NCBI GenBank assembly: GCA_002269645.1
Contig: NIVC01003816.1
Location: 1-64,000, forward strand
Source: Macrostomum lignano
Lineage: Eukaryota
Reading direction: 5' to 3'
Length of the DNA: 64,000 bases
Made by a program: the position numbers and the translations under genes. The notes under the pieces are model-generated. The model was not told where the DNA came from, ran no database searches, and saw only the letters and a list, made by a program, of their open reading frames with translations. Below, in pieces: positions 1 through 10,437 of the stretch (its first letter is position 1; the number at the start of each line of letters is the position of its first letter).

Positions 1-157
1 TAGACGAGTCCGAAACGACGAGATGTCACGGAACGGCGCAAGTTACCAAAAGGATGGCCTAAGAGCCAATTTGAGATGCTTTATTGTCTGCGACTCTGAA
101 ACTACTCTCGGACGCTTCTATAGTGACTCTGGGCCATAGAGTATCGTTTTCAATGGG
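1..157 (-). mobile_element. Partial copy of a CCC-ended MITE (same family as 9925-10321), cut by the window edge
   Basis: Reverse complement matches 9925-10250 (cccattgaaaa terminus; tagaagcg..cagagtcgcagacaataaa; gacatctc.tcgtttc). Flanked by tct, which is aga on the element strand. Confidence 0.65.
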
Positions 158-180
158 TCTTAGAATTTGAGAAGTCTCAG

Positions 181-510
181 CAAGTCGATGCGGCGCACGC
201 TGGCCTGCTGCGCGCCGCCTTCAACATCGGCGTCGAGCGAGTCACCAACGCGGCACTCTATCGCCGCGCTGGCCTGCCACGTCCAAGTGATCTACTGCGC
301 CGTCGGCGACTCCAGCTCGCAGGCCATCTCATCTGCGCCGAGTCGTACTGCCCACAGCCGGTGCAGGTGCTGCTGTTCACGCTGCAGGCACCCTACCGGC
401 GAGGTCAAACTCGGCGTTATGTCGACTGTCTGCTGGCTGACGCCGGCGCCCCGGACACTGCCGGTGGCGCGGCCTTTGTTTGCGCCCAAGCCATGAAGTG
501 CGCCCTGTGA
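181..510 (+). mobile_element. 5'-truncated RTE-like non-LTR retrotransposon, C-terminal end of ORF2
   Basis: A frame not in the ORF track reads QVDAAHAGLLRAAFNIGVERVTNAALYRRAGLPRPSDLLRRRRLQLAGHLICAES..RRYVDCLLADAG*. This matches the typical RTE tail motif (LRRRRLxxAGH). A TTG/T-rich tail follows. It lies antisense in the ceramidase intron. Confidence 0.7.
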
Positions 511-610
511 CGCTGACTTTTGCCATCCTGACAGCGTATTTGTTGTTTTTGTTGTGTTGTCAGAATTGAGCAGAAAGTCTCACTAAGAAGATAGTAAATA
601 TTATATCTAC

Positions 611-1045
611 CTTGGAATCCTTAGCCAACACAGACGTGCACAGGTTAGTGGCCTCGTAGAAGATATTGTAAAGCAAAATCTCGCCCAATGGAATGCCAGT
701 CACTGTGCTAATGCCAACCATTTCGTCCTGGTAGGGCTGCGGCACAGTGGGCGCAATAAGAGTCAGAGACCGCGCAACAAGGTTAAAGTACACACTCGAG
801 CCGGTCAGTTGCCGAATGAAATTTTTAAACTGCAACAGTAGGTCGCGTATCTGGGATTGACGGCGCGCTACCACATGGCACCAGCGAATAATTGGAGCTT
901 CGTCTAAGCTGACATCAAACCACTCCACCTCTGAGCTGCTTGGGGGTGGGTAGGTATCGGAACGGCACTCTTGCGTGAACTGGGCTGGCACAAATGCCGA
1001 ACAGAACAGAGCACAAAGCAGCATTAACCAAGATTCACTGCGCAT
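611..1045 (-). CDS. ASAH1: Acid ceramidase, first coding exon (signal peptide, alpha subunit, start of beta subunit); gene continues off the left edge
   Basis: Signal peptide, ECRSDTYPP, WFDVSLDEAP..RW, EMVGISTVTGIPLGEILLYNIFYE, and the Ntn-hydrolase nucleophile motif CTSVLA. Donor AAG|gtagat at 610. Confidence 0.92.
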
Positions 1046-1576
1046 CTGGAAGCATGAGCCAGCAAAATGCTATTAATCTTGCTCTACTCAATTGAAGTTT
1101 AAATAAAATGTTCTAGATAATGATTGCTAGTTTGTAAAGAAGCCAATAGCTTGTGTCTATGCAGTATTGAAATTTATATTTCTATAAACTTGATTTTGCT
1201 TTTACTAACCTAAAGGAGAATAATCCTTTACAAGGCTTACCTATGCAATAAGGTCGATAATGCAGAAAATTCAAGATTAATCAAGCATACAAAGCATTGG
1301 CTAGTGTATACTAGCATACAAAATTTATCTCAAAGCTACATTCTGGCATATACTAGTATACACAGGCATATACTAAGCTTTCATAGACTTTTTGATGTTG
1401 GTATTTATTAAAAAAGCAGAAAAGTATCCTTACCCCCTCCTCCAAGATAGCAAACATATACCCAAATACAAAAGTAAGTACCCCCCCCAAATACAATAGC
1501 AAAATCCCCAAAATACAATGGCAAGCATCCCCCAGATAGTATACTCCAAGATGGCATGCATACATGCAAAACTTTA

Positions 1577-1710
1577 GGAATCACCTGGCCGTTTCTATTG
1601 GCAACACATACATGTAAGTCGCTATTGGCTGAGAGCAGTCACGTGATTACTATTCTGTCCAATAGCAACTTACATGTGTATGTTGCCAATTGAAACGGCC
1701 AAATGAATCC
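1577..1710. mobile_element. 134-bp hairpin MITE-like element
   Basis: ggccgtttctattggcaacacatacatgtaagtcgctattgg is mirrored by ccaatagcaacttacatgtgtatgttgccaattgaaacggcc. The loop contains GTCACGTGAT. Confidence 0.7.
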
Positions 1711-3530
1711 AAGGTTGTGCCCAAGCATGATGGCATGTACCCCCTCCTAAGAGCCAGCCTTTCGCTTTCCCAATATCAGGCATCCCCTGATCATCTAGTG
1801 CAATAATTGATGCACCATCAAATTCAATAATCTTTTTACTCATCTAGTAAAATAATCCTTTACACATCAAATGCAATAATAATTGTCTTATCAAGTGCAA
1901 TAATCCTTGGCTTATCAAGTGCAATAATCATTGGCTTATAAAGTACAATAAACATTGGTTTATCAAGTGCAGTTGTTAAATTTGATTAGCAGATTATCAC
2001 ATTACTTGTTGTCGATAGTATTCCAAAAGATTGCCTTCCCTTCTCTCCTAAATAACAATAAAAAAATCTTTGGCCTATCATATTTCATTGATACAGGCCT
2101 AGACAAAGCATAGGCCTAATTTAAAAGTTCTAGGCCTACCAATTTATACAAAGATGAAGAGACTTTTTTGTCTTAAGTTGTATGTATTATAGGGGCCTAC
2201 ATTTTATGATTTTAAATTATTTAGTTTAATAATAGGCCCTAATTAAACAATTATACATATAATGTATAAAATTAAATTTAACAGTTTATAATATTTCAAA
2301 ATTCAATTAATATAGGCCTATCAATTTTTTTCAAAACAAAAAAATTCAATATAGGCCTATCAATTTTTTTCAAAACAAAAAATTCAATATAGGCCTAGTA
2401 GCACTTTAAGACCTTGTTGAACTTTAGTAAAATCCTTAAATCAATCTTTATTGATTCTTTACAATCTTTACTTCCAATTATCCACAAAACTAGGCCTAAA
2501 ATGGGAGTTTGGAGTCATTTGTATTCTCTATACAAGGCTGGTGCATGCGTGCGCAAATGTTTTCAATACAACAAAATAAAGCTACATGCAGCGCTGCATT
2601 CATTACTGGTCTGTAAGGCCGTGTTTTCCGAGGATAGAATGGCCTCACGAGTGGGACACAGCTACTTTATATATATTTTAGATAAAATTGGCATTCAAAT
2701 TTTTACCTTATTTAATAATCTAACGTATCTAATTGAACCAAATTAATACTTAAAGTTATATTAAAACTTGTTTTACGTGTATCTCAATAATGAAATTTTG
2801 AAATCATTTTGTTGTAAAGCGAGCGTACAACAGATGACAGTAGGCTTACAGTACAACAGTCAGTACTAAATTATCAAATGCTAGCTGTTCTTTGCTTAAC
2901 GCACGCTTCTCTGCGTGCGTGCGTGCTCTGGTATTGTTCTTTGCCCGCCTTAAAGACAATCCCTTAGCTACTGCGATTCTGCGAAAACTAAGCTATGACA
3001 TGCTAAAATAAGTTATTTCTCGTCATAGATAGGCCTATTAATCAAATATACGGCTTCGAGCAGTTGGCAAATTAGATTCAGATATGCTAGGCCTCCTTTA
3101 GATAGGGTGTGTTGTTTCGTCTAATGACTTTTTGTCTAATCCTTTATTTCCTTTAGATAGTAATACCAATAAAACCTTCGTATTGTCTTGATAAGCCTCA
3201 GAAGGTCTAAATTTTTAATAACGAAAATCGACCAAAAGAAACTAGGATATTTGTCACAGCTGACAAGAAGTACTAGGCCTAGGCCTAATAGAATTTGGAC
3301 AAAGTTTACAATGTGCAAGCCACACAAAACAAACATATGTGACATTTACAGATCAGTTGTTTAGGCCTAGTAATAGTATTACTTCTAGTTCTTAGGGCCT
3401 ACTTTTATTTTTATCCAGCTCTTAAGTTAGGCCTACCCCATTATTTCATGGCAATTTCTTTTTCGAACAGAGTATTTATTTTACTTTTTAAAATTGGGTT
3501 CCAAATTTAAAAAACTATTTCACATAATTA

Positions 3531-5731
3531 CAAGGGTTGCTTAATAAATTGGCAGTGCTTATTTAGCCAGCACCAGTCAAATAAGCGCGTCACTATTTAG
3601 CCGGCAGTCCTGCCCCACTGCCAGTCAAATAATCCTGTCACTATTTAGCTGGCAGTCTTGCCCCACTGCCGGTCAAATAAGCATGTCACTATTTAGCTGG
3701 CAGTCCTGTCCCACTGCCGGTCAAATAAGCTCGTCACTATTTAGCCGGCAATCTTGGCTAACACCACATTTCCTGTTGACCTGCGCCAAGGGATTTGGTG
3801 TTAGGTTCTTCCCTGTTCACTCACTATTACTAGAGGAATTCCCCAATGGCATGCTAGTCAAAATACATTTATATATATTTATATATACGCACTGCTTGTC
3901 ATGACCTTAAATTAATAATTTAACATACTACAAGCTAATTATTTATATTACAATTTTGGAGTTTTTTGATAAAGGTGTTTGTAGTGGTTTTTGGCTTTAA
4001 TGAGTGGTTTTGATTTAGAGATTAAAGTGAAAGTAAAATATGCATAATTAATTTTTAATTTGTTTATATGTTTTCTGCTGCTACAAATAATTTTCGGAAT
4101 ATGCAAGACTTCCAGAAACAATTAAACAAACTTAAAGGCAAATAATAAATTGTACTGAATCTACATTGATTTATATTCACTATACCTACTTTGTATTGCC
4201 CAAAGTTTAAATATCTTAAATAAATATATATAATGGCGTGGCCATTAGGGGCCAGGATTGCTGGCTAAATAGTGACGAGCTTATTTGACCAGCAGTGGGG
4301 CAGGATTGCTGGCTAAATAAATAGTGACAAGCTTATTTTACTGGCAGTGGGGCAGGACTGCCAGCTAAATAGTAGCAAACTTATTTGGCCAGTGCCAGCT
4401 AAATAAGCACTGCCTAATCAGTTTGTGGAAAATCTAACTTTCTTTTGTACAAATAAAATAATATTTTATTTGGCATTTCTTTTTATATAGAAATTGACAT
4501 CTTTTATGTCAATTTTCAGCCTCTAACTAAAATGCTAAAATGCAATGGTCAAAAAAGTGATATGACTCTAGACCTTGCCTTGCAATTGACAATGTTCAAT
4601 GTGACAGACAAGTTGCAATCCTTGTTCAATTTTGACTTGGCCAATCTGCCTTTGAGTGCTTGCAGATACTTCAAAAAGCATTAGATGATAAAGCCTCACC
4701 CCAGTCCCAGACAATGGTGTACAAGTGGTTTGGCAAATTTTGTTCTAGCTGCCTGGAGCTAGATGATAATAAACACAAAGACTATCTAAATTTGGCTATT
4801 ACAAATATAACAGTGGCTTGTGTCCAAAGATCAATGAAGATTAATAAATGATAGTTCATGAAATCAAGAAACATGTTGGGATTTCAGATTCAAGCACCAT
4901 TTCTATCCTGCATGATCATCTAGGCATGAGGAAAGTGTCTACATGCTAGATGCCCTATCACTTGAACCCAACCTAGATGCAAGCTTGTGTTGAGTTTGCA
5001 AACTTCATGCTCAATAAATTGATGCAGGAGCTTCAAAATTGGTAGACAATATCCTAATAGGGGATGAAACTTAGGTTTACTTTTATGACCTAGATACAAA
5101 ATCCTAGAGTAGGCAGTGGATTGCTTTTGAAGAGGATTCCTCTATCAAATTCCTATGTGAGAGAAGTATTGGCAAGGTCATAACAGTAGTCTTCTTCTGG
5201 TAGTATGATATCCTGCTGCCTATTCTACTCAAAGAAAGTGCCACAGTGACTGGTCATTTGTACTGAAGTGTTTGCTTGCCCTAGGTGCTGCAGTTCCTCA
5301 ATCAAGAGTGGCCAAATAGTAGATACCATGCCATTTTCCTGTACCATAACAATGTTCTAGCTTACCAAGCCAGGGTGACATAGGAGTTTCTGGTATCAAC
5401 TCAACTGAGTCTGCTGCCATACCCAGCCTATTTGCCCAACCTTGCTCCAGCTGACTTCTTCTTTCCGAAGATCAAGAACAATCTCAAGGGAAAGTGCTTT
5501 GACTCACGCAAGGAGCTTGGAGAGGCCTTGAAAGCAAAGCTGGAAGCTGTCACTTAGTGGAATTAAGGGACTGTTTTGTAGCATGGTTCTATAGGATGGA
5601 GAAATGCATCAATCTATCTAGAAACTATGTTGAAAAGTCTCATTAAGTGGGGATAAATGCAAGTAATTTTTTAAGTGGAAGCATATTCAGAAGTGTCTTT
5701 TTCCACAAACTTATTTATTAAGCAGCCCTTG
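3531..5731 (+). mobile_element. Decayed Tc1/mariner transposon, ~1.34 kb after removing the nested insertion
   Basis: TA flanks at 3529-3530 and 5732-5733. TIR is caaggg.tgcttaataaat(..)agtttgtggaaaa versus ttttccacaaacttatttattaagcagcccttg. Transposase remnants include VYKWFGKF, GDET*VYFYD and YLPNLAPADFFLFPKIKNNLKG, with many stops. Confidence 0.88.
3551..4414. mobile_element. Foldback-like non-autonomous element with modular TIRs
   Basis: Ends are ggcagtgcttatttagc and gctaaataagcactgcc. Each arm is built of ~47-bp tandem units (cactatttagc.ggcagtcctgccccactgcc.gtcaaataa), around an AT-rich core. Confidence 0.8.
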
Positions 5732-6014
5732 TACTTCATGTGCATGTCATCATGGTTGTCAATTTGTTGTTACATTTGTTACATCAAGCAGACCAGTGCA
5801 TGGGTTCTCCATAGCCAATCCACTGTTTGCCAAAGATGTCATTTAGCTATTCATTGTCTTAGGCTTAAGTAGTTTGTAAAAAATGGATAGTAAGTTCTTT
5901 TTATAGGAGTTATGTTCATTATCCAACCTGTTTCAGCCCAATCTGGCCTATTCAGCTATAGCATTTCATGCCTAAGCCAAGGTGCATTGATAGTAAGAAT
6001 TTATTCAATCTAGC

Positions 6015-6845
6015 ATGCAGCCTGGCGACGAAGTAATGATAGTTTACAAAGGCGAGGACGCCCTCGGCATCGTAGAGCGCTGCGATCCCGAGCTGGACTC
6101 TGTGCTTGTCAGCCTCACGCTGTCGTCTGGCGCCCGGATTCAAACTGTGCGCCGCCTGGCCGATTGCCTGCCACGCGCTGTTGCCGAAGCCGCCGCTGCG
6201 GCTGAAGCTGCGGAGAACAGCCAAGCGGACGATGCTGACGAGGACGAATTCGAAATTGACATCGAGGCCAGCCAGCAGCATCCGCAGCATCAGAGTCGCG
6301 CTGTTGGATTCTCGACACCAATTGGGGCAAACCAAGCGCTTGATCCGCCGCGATTGCGTCCGCAGCAGCAGCAGCAGGCTCTGCACATGTACAGCTGCAG
6401 TGCCCCGCCCTCCGCGCCGCCTCCAGTCTGCTGCGCCAGTTTAGCCTTGCCGCTCAGCGTCAACGTCGGCGCCGGGAGTGGCGCATTTTTTGGCGGCTTC
6501 GCCGTCTCGCCGTTTCGCCTGTCGGCTTCGTCCTCGTTTTCGTTTCCTCCTCCGGCCGTTTCGACTGGCGGCGGAGGCAGAGGCGGCGGTGCAGGCGGCG
6601 GCCCGGAAGACCCGCAACAGCTGCTGGCCGTGACCCCGCCGTCGTCATTGTCGTCCTCGTTCTCTGGCGGCGACGCCTCCTCAGCCTCGCTAACGCCGCT
6701 GTCGCCGCGCGGCAAATGCCGCCGAATTTATGGCGTTGATAACCGGAGAATGTGGTGCACGCAGTGCCGCTGGAAGAAGGCCTGTACAAGATTTAAGCCG
6801 GCCCAGACCATGCTGCCCGCTCAGTCCAGCACTGGAATGCAGTGA
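6015..6845 (+). CDS. ZNF395: ZNF395/ZNF704/SLC2A4RG (HDBP)-family protein with C-terminal C-clamp, intronless, 276 aa
   Basis: C-clamp [28 protein letters not shown] matches the family motif KKCRKVYG.E.RD.WCTACRWKKACQRF. The N-terminus [19 protein letters not shown] resembles the ZNF395 N-terminal conserved region. The family call is firm; the paralogue symbol is approximate. Confidence 0.85.
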   Translation: MQPGDEVMIVYKGEDALGIVERCDPELDSVLVSLTLSSGARIQTVRRLADCLPRAVAEAAAAAEAAENSQADDADEDEFEIDIEASQQHPQHQSRAVGFSTPIGANQALDPPRLRPQQQQQALHMYSCSAPPSAPPPVCCASLALPLSVNVGAGSGAFFGGFAVSPFRLSASSSFSFPPPAVSTGGGGRGGGAGGGPEDPQQLLAVTPPSSLSSSFSGGDASSASLTPLSPRGKCRRIYGVDNRRMWCTQCRWKKACTRFKPAQTMLPAQSSTGMQ

Positions 6846-8351
6846 GCCAATTGGCCCTCTGTTCGTGTGCTCCAGCAGCTTTGATTTTTGTTTGTTTCGT
6901 TGTTTTTCACACTTTAGCGACTGTCACACTCATGGGTTGTGTTTATTAAAAGCAATGGTTAATACAAACCACAGATGGTGTAGAATGTAGCCATAAGACT
7001 TTTCGGAAATTTCCCTAAAGTGCATGACAACAAAGTATCGACGTTAAGCAGAAATCAATGGCCAGAGCGATTGCATGTGCAAGTGTGTAATAAGCACAGT
7101 ACCTCGCAGTGTTTTAAGATCCGCAAAACTATCCTTGAAACTATTTGGCATATGAATATCAAACAAGTGACTTTATAATTTTATAAATTTGGTGCTACTA
7201 TTAGTAGAAGTGATAAAGCAAAACAAATATTCATTTTTTGCGCGCATATCTGCTTCGTGTAATCTAATCGCCTCCTGCGCTCTTTCACGCTATATATAAA
7301 GGCAAGTTTATTTTATTACATAGATTGATATTTATTCTTCCACTCTTCGTAAGAATATTTATTTAAATCACCTTTTGGAGCGAATGCTTTTCCTTCTTGT
7401 GTGTCTTCTTGTGTCTGCTTTTCTGTGGGTCTGGTCAGCTGGATCGGTGCTTGCTCAGAGTTATCTGTTATTTTGTTTTAAATTGACTCATTTTCATTGT
7501 CACAAACTGTAGATACTACTTCTGGGTTTCGCGCTGCAGTAGAGTTTGAAGAGTTTTAATATTTTTACTGTGTTTGTTTATTCACCGCAGCCCCAGTATA
7601 TATGATATAATAATAAGTGATTAGCCGCCATAGCCCCAGTTACCTTCAGCAGATGTCATACCTCCTGCCCGTGTTTGTTTTAATTTACACACACCGGTGC
7701 TTTTCAAATTTGTTATACAAAGTAGTAAAATTCAAAACATGTTTCACCAGATCTTGTCTCATTTTATTGCATTGCTTTTATCATCTAATTATCGTTCATT
7801 CCTCAAGTGAGCTCTATGCTCATTGGTTCTCATCGTCCCGGTAACTGGGCTCAGATATTCGCTCTCGCTCCTGTCTCCACATTGCATTCTGAGAAGATTC
7901 TCCTTTGTTTTATAAGACAGCCTTTCTGTGATTTTATCCTTGCGTCAGAGTTGCTGCACATTTTCTTGTGTAAAAATATTAATCCGCAAACATAGAGTAA
8001 GTTACAGCAAGGACATTTCTTCCAAACCAATATTATAAATATTTTTATCAGATCACCCTGTTTTGCTGTTTTTCCTGTATAGCAGAGTCTTATAACTGTT
8101 GCTTTCTTGATTGCTGCTTGTGTACTCTTTCTAGCTATAGTAATACGAGTATAAATAATATAATATCAAAACTTCTGTCTGCACTTGAAAGAGAGCTTCC
8201 TTAGTTGACGAACTTTCACGGATGGAAGTTCAACGAAAAAGCTTTTCTTTCTGACTTCATTTTTGCATCGAGATTTATTTTTGTTTGCGGTCGAAATTAT
8301 AACTGCATTCAGGCTTGGGGCCGCGCTGCTCACAATGCTTGTACTTGCCTG

Positions 8352-9921
8352 TATAATCTAACCCAGTGTAGAATCGCCCCTAACCCAGTGTAGAGAAACG
8401 CCCCTAACCCAGTGTAGAGAATCGCCCCTTACCCAGTGTAGAGAATCGCCCCTGACCCAGTGTAGAGAATCGCCCCTAACCCAGTGTAGAGAATCGCCCC
8501 TAACCCAGTGTAGAGAATCGCCCCTAACCCAGTGTAGAGAATCGCCCCTGACCCAGTGTAGAGAATCGCCCCTAACCAAGTGTAGAGAATCGCCCCTAAC
8601 CCAGTGTAGAGAATCGCCCCTGACCCAGTGTAGAGAATCGCCCCTAACCCAGTGTAGAGAATCGCCCCTTACCCAGTGTAGAGAATCGCCCCTTACCCAG
8701 TGTAGAGAATCGCCCCTGACCCAGTGTAGAGAATCGCCCCTAACCCAGTGTAGAGAATCGCCCCTTACCCAGTGTAGAGAATCGCCCCTAACCCAGTGTA
8801 GAGAATCGCCCCTAACCAAGTGTAGAGAATCGCCCCTAACCCAGTGTAGAGAATCGCCCCTAACCAAGTGTAGAGAATCGCCCCTAACCTAGTGTAGAGA
8901 ATCGCCCCTAACCCAGTGTAGAATCGCCCCTAACCCAGTGTAGAGAATCGCCCCTGACCCAGTGTAGAGAATCGCCCCTAACCCAGTGTAGAGAATCGCC
9001 CCTAACCAAGTGTAGAGAATCGCCCCTAACCCAGTGTAGAGAATCGCCCCTAACCCAGTGTAGAGAATCGCCCCTAACCCAGTGTAGAGAATCGCCCCTG
9101 ACCCAGTGTAGAGAATCGCCCCTAACCCAGTGTAGAGAATCGCCCCTAACCAAGTGTAGAGAATCGCCCCTAACCCAGTGTAGAGAATCGCCCCTGACCC
9201 AGTGTAGAGAATCGCCCCTAACCCAGTGTAGAGAATCGCCCCTTACCCAGTGTAGAGAATCTCGCCCCTTACCCAGTGTAGAGAATCGCCCCTTACCCAG
9301 TGTAGAGAATCGCCCCTGACCCAGTGTAGAGAATCGCCCCTAACCAAGTGTAGAGAATCGCCCCTAACCCAGTGTAGAGAATCGCCCCTAACCCAGTGTA
9401 GAGAATCGCCCCTAACCCAGTGTAGAGAATCGCCCCTAACCCAGTGTAGAGAATCGCCCCTTACCCAGTGTAGAGAATCGCCCCTGACCCAGTGTAGAGA
9501 ATCGCCCCTAACCCAGTGTAGAGAATCGCCCCTAACCAAGTGTAGAGAATCGCCCCTAACCAAGTGTAGAGAATCGCCCCTAACCCAGTGTAGAGAATCG
9601 CCCCTAACCCAGTGTAGAATCGCCCCTAACCCAGTGTAGAGAATCGCCCCTGACCCAGTGTAGAGAATCGCCCCTAACCCAGTGTAGAGAATCGCCCCTA
9701 ACCCAGTGTAGAGAATCGCCCCTAACCCAGTGTAGAGAATCGCCCCTAACCAAGTGTAGAGAATCGCCCCTAACCCAGTGTAGAGAATCGCCCCTAACCC
9801 AGTGTAGAGAATCGCCCCTAACCCAGTGTAGAGAATCGCCCCTAACCCAGTGTAGAATCGTCCCTAACCAAGTGTAGAGAATCGCCCCTGACCCAGTGTA
9901 GAGAATCGCCCCTAACCCAGT
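8352..9921. repeat. 24-bp minisatellite (acccagtgtagagaatcgccccta), ~65 copies
   Basis: Direct reading. The unit junction contains CCCTAACCC. Confidence 0.97.
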
Positions 9922-9924
9922 AGA

Positions 9925-10321
9925 CCCATTGAAAATGTTACCGTGGCAAGAATCGCTACGTCATTGCCAACATGATACTTAGTGACTCTAACGTCACTGG
10001 ATCGACTCTTTAATGATTTAAATGACTGCAATTCGACGGTGAGATGACAAGTGCATCACGTGAGTTGCAGGATCGTAAAAAGAGTACAGCACACCTCAGA
10101 TACAAGTAAGTCTACGGCCCCAGAGTCTAGAAGCGCCCCAGAGTCGCAGACAATAAAAAGCTTTAATTGATCTTATGTGACTCTGACGACTTTTAGCTTA
10201 CCGAGACATCTCATCGTTTCAGTTGTCTAGAGTCACTTCTTTCCTAATTTAACTGTGTTACCTCTGCAACGACTCTGAATTATGACTGGCGCTTTTTGGC
10301 CTAGGTACCATTTTCATTGGG
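9925..10321 (+). mobile_element. ~400-bp MITE with CCC termini and 3-bp AGA target duplication
   Basis: TIR is cccattgaaaatgttacc versus ggtaccattttcattggg, with aga on both sides (9922-9924, 10322-10324). It interrupts the last unit of the 24-bp array. Confidence 0.7.
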
Positions 10322-10437
10322 AGAATCGCCCCCTAGCCTCTAAGCGAGCAAGAAGTGGCATACTCTATAAGTATGATTTTATGATCGAGTTCGCAAACAT
10401 GGTCAAGAGAAAATTAATTACTGCGATAAATTAATTA

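Noticed and set aside
161-582. Similar sequences flanking the LINE fragment (agaatttgagaagtctca / agaattgagcagaaagtctca) as a TSD
   Set aside because: The match needs several indels, and the left copy may be LINE coding sequence.
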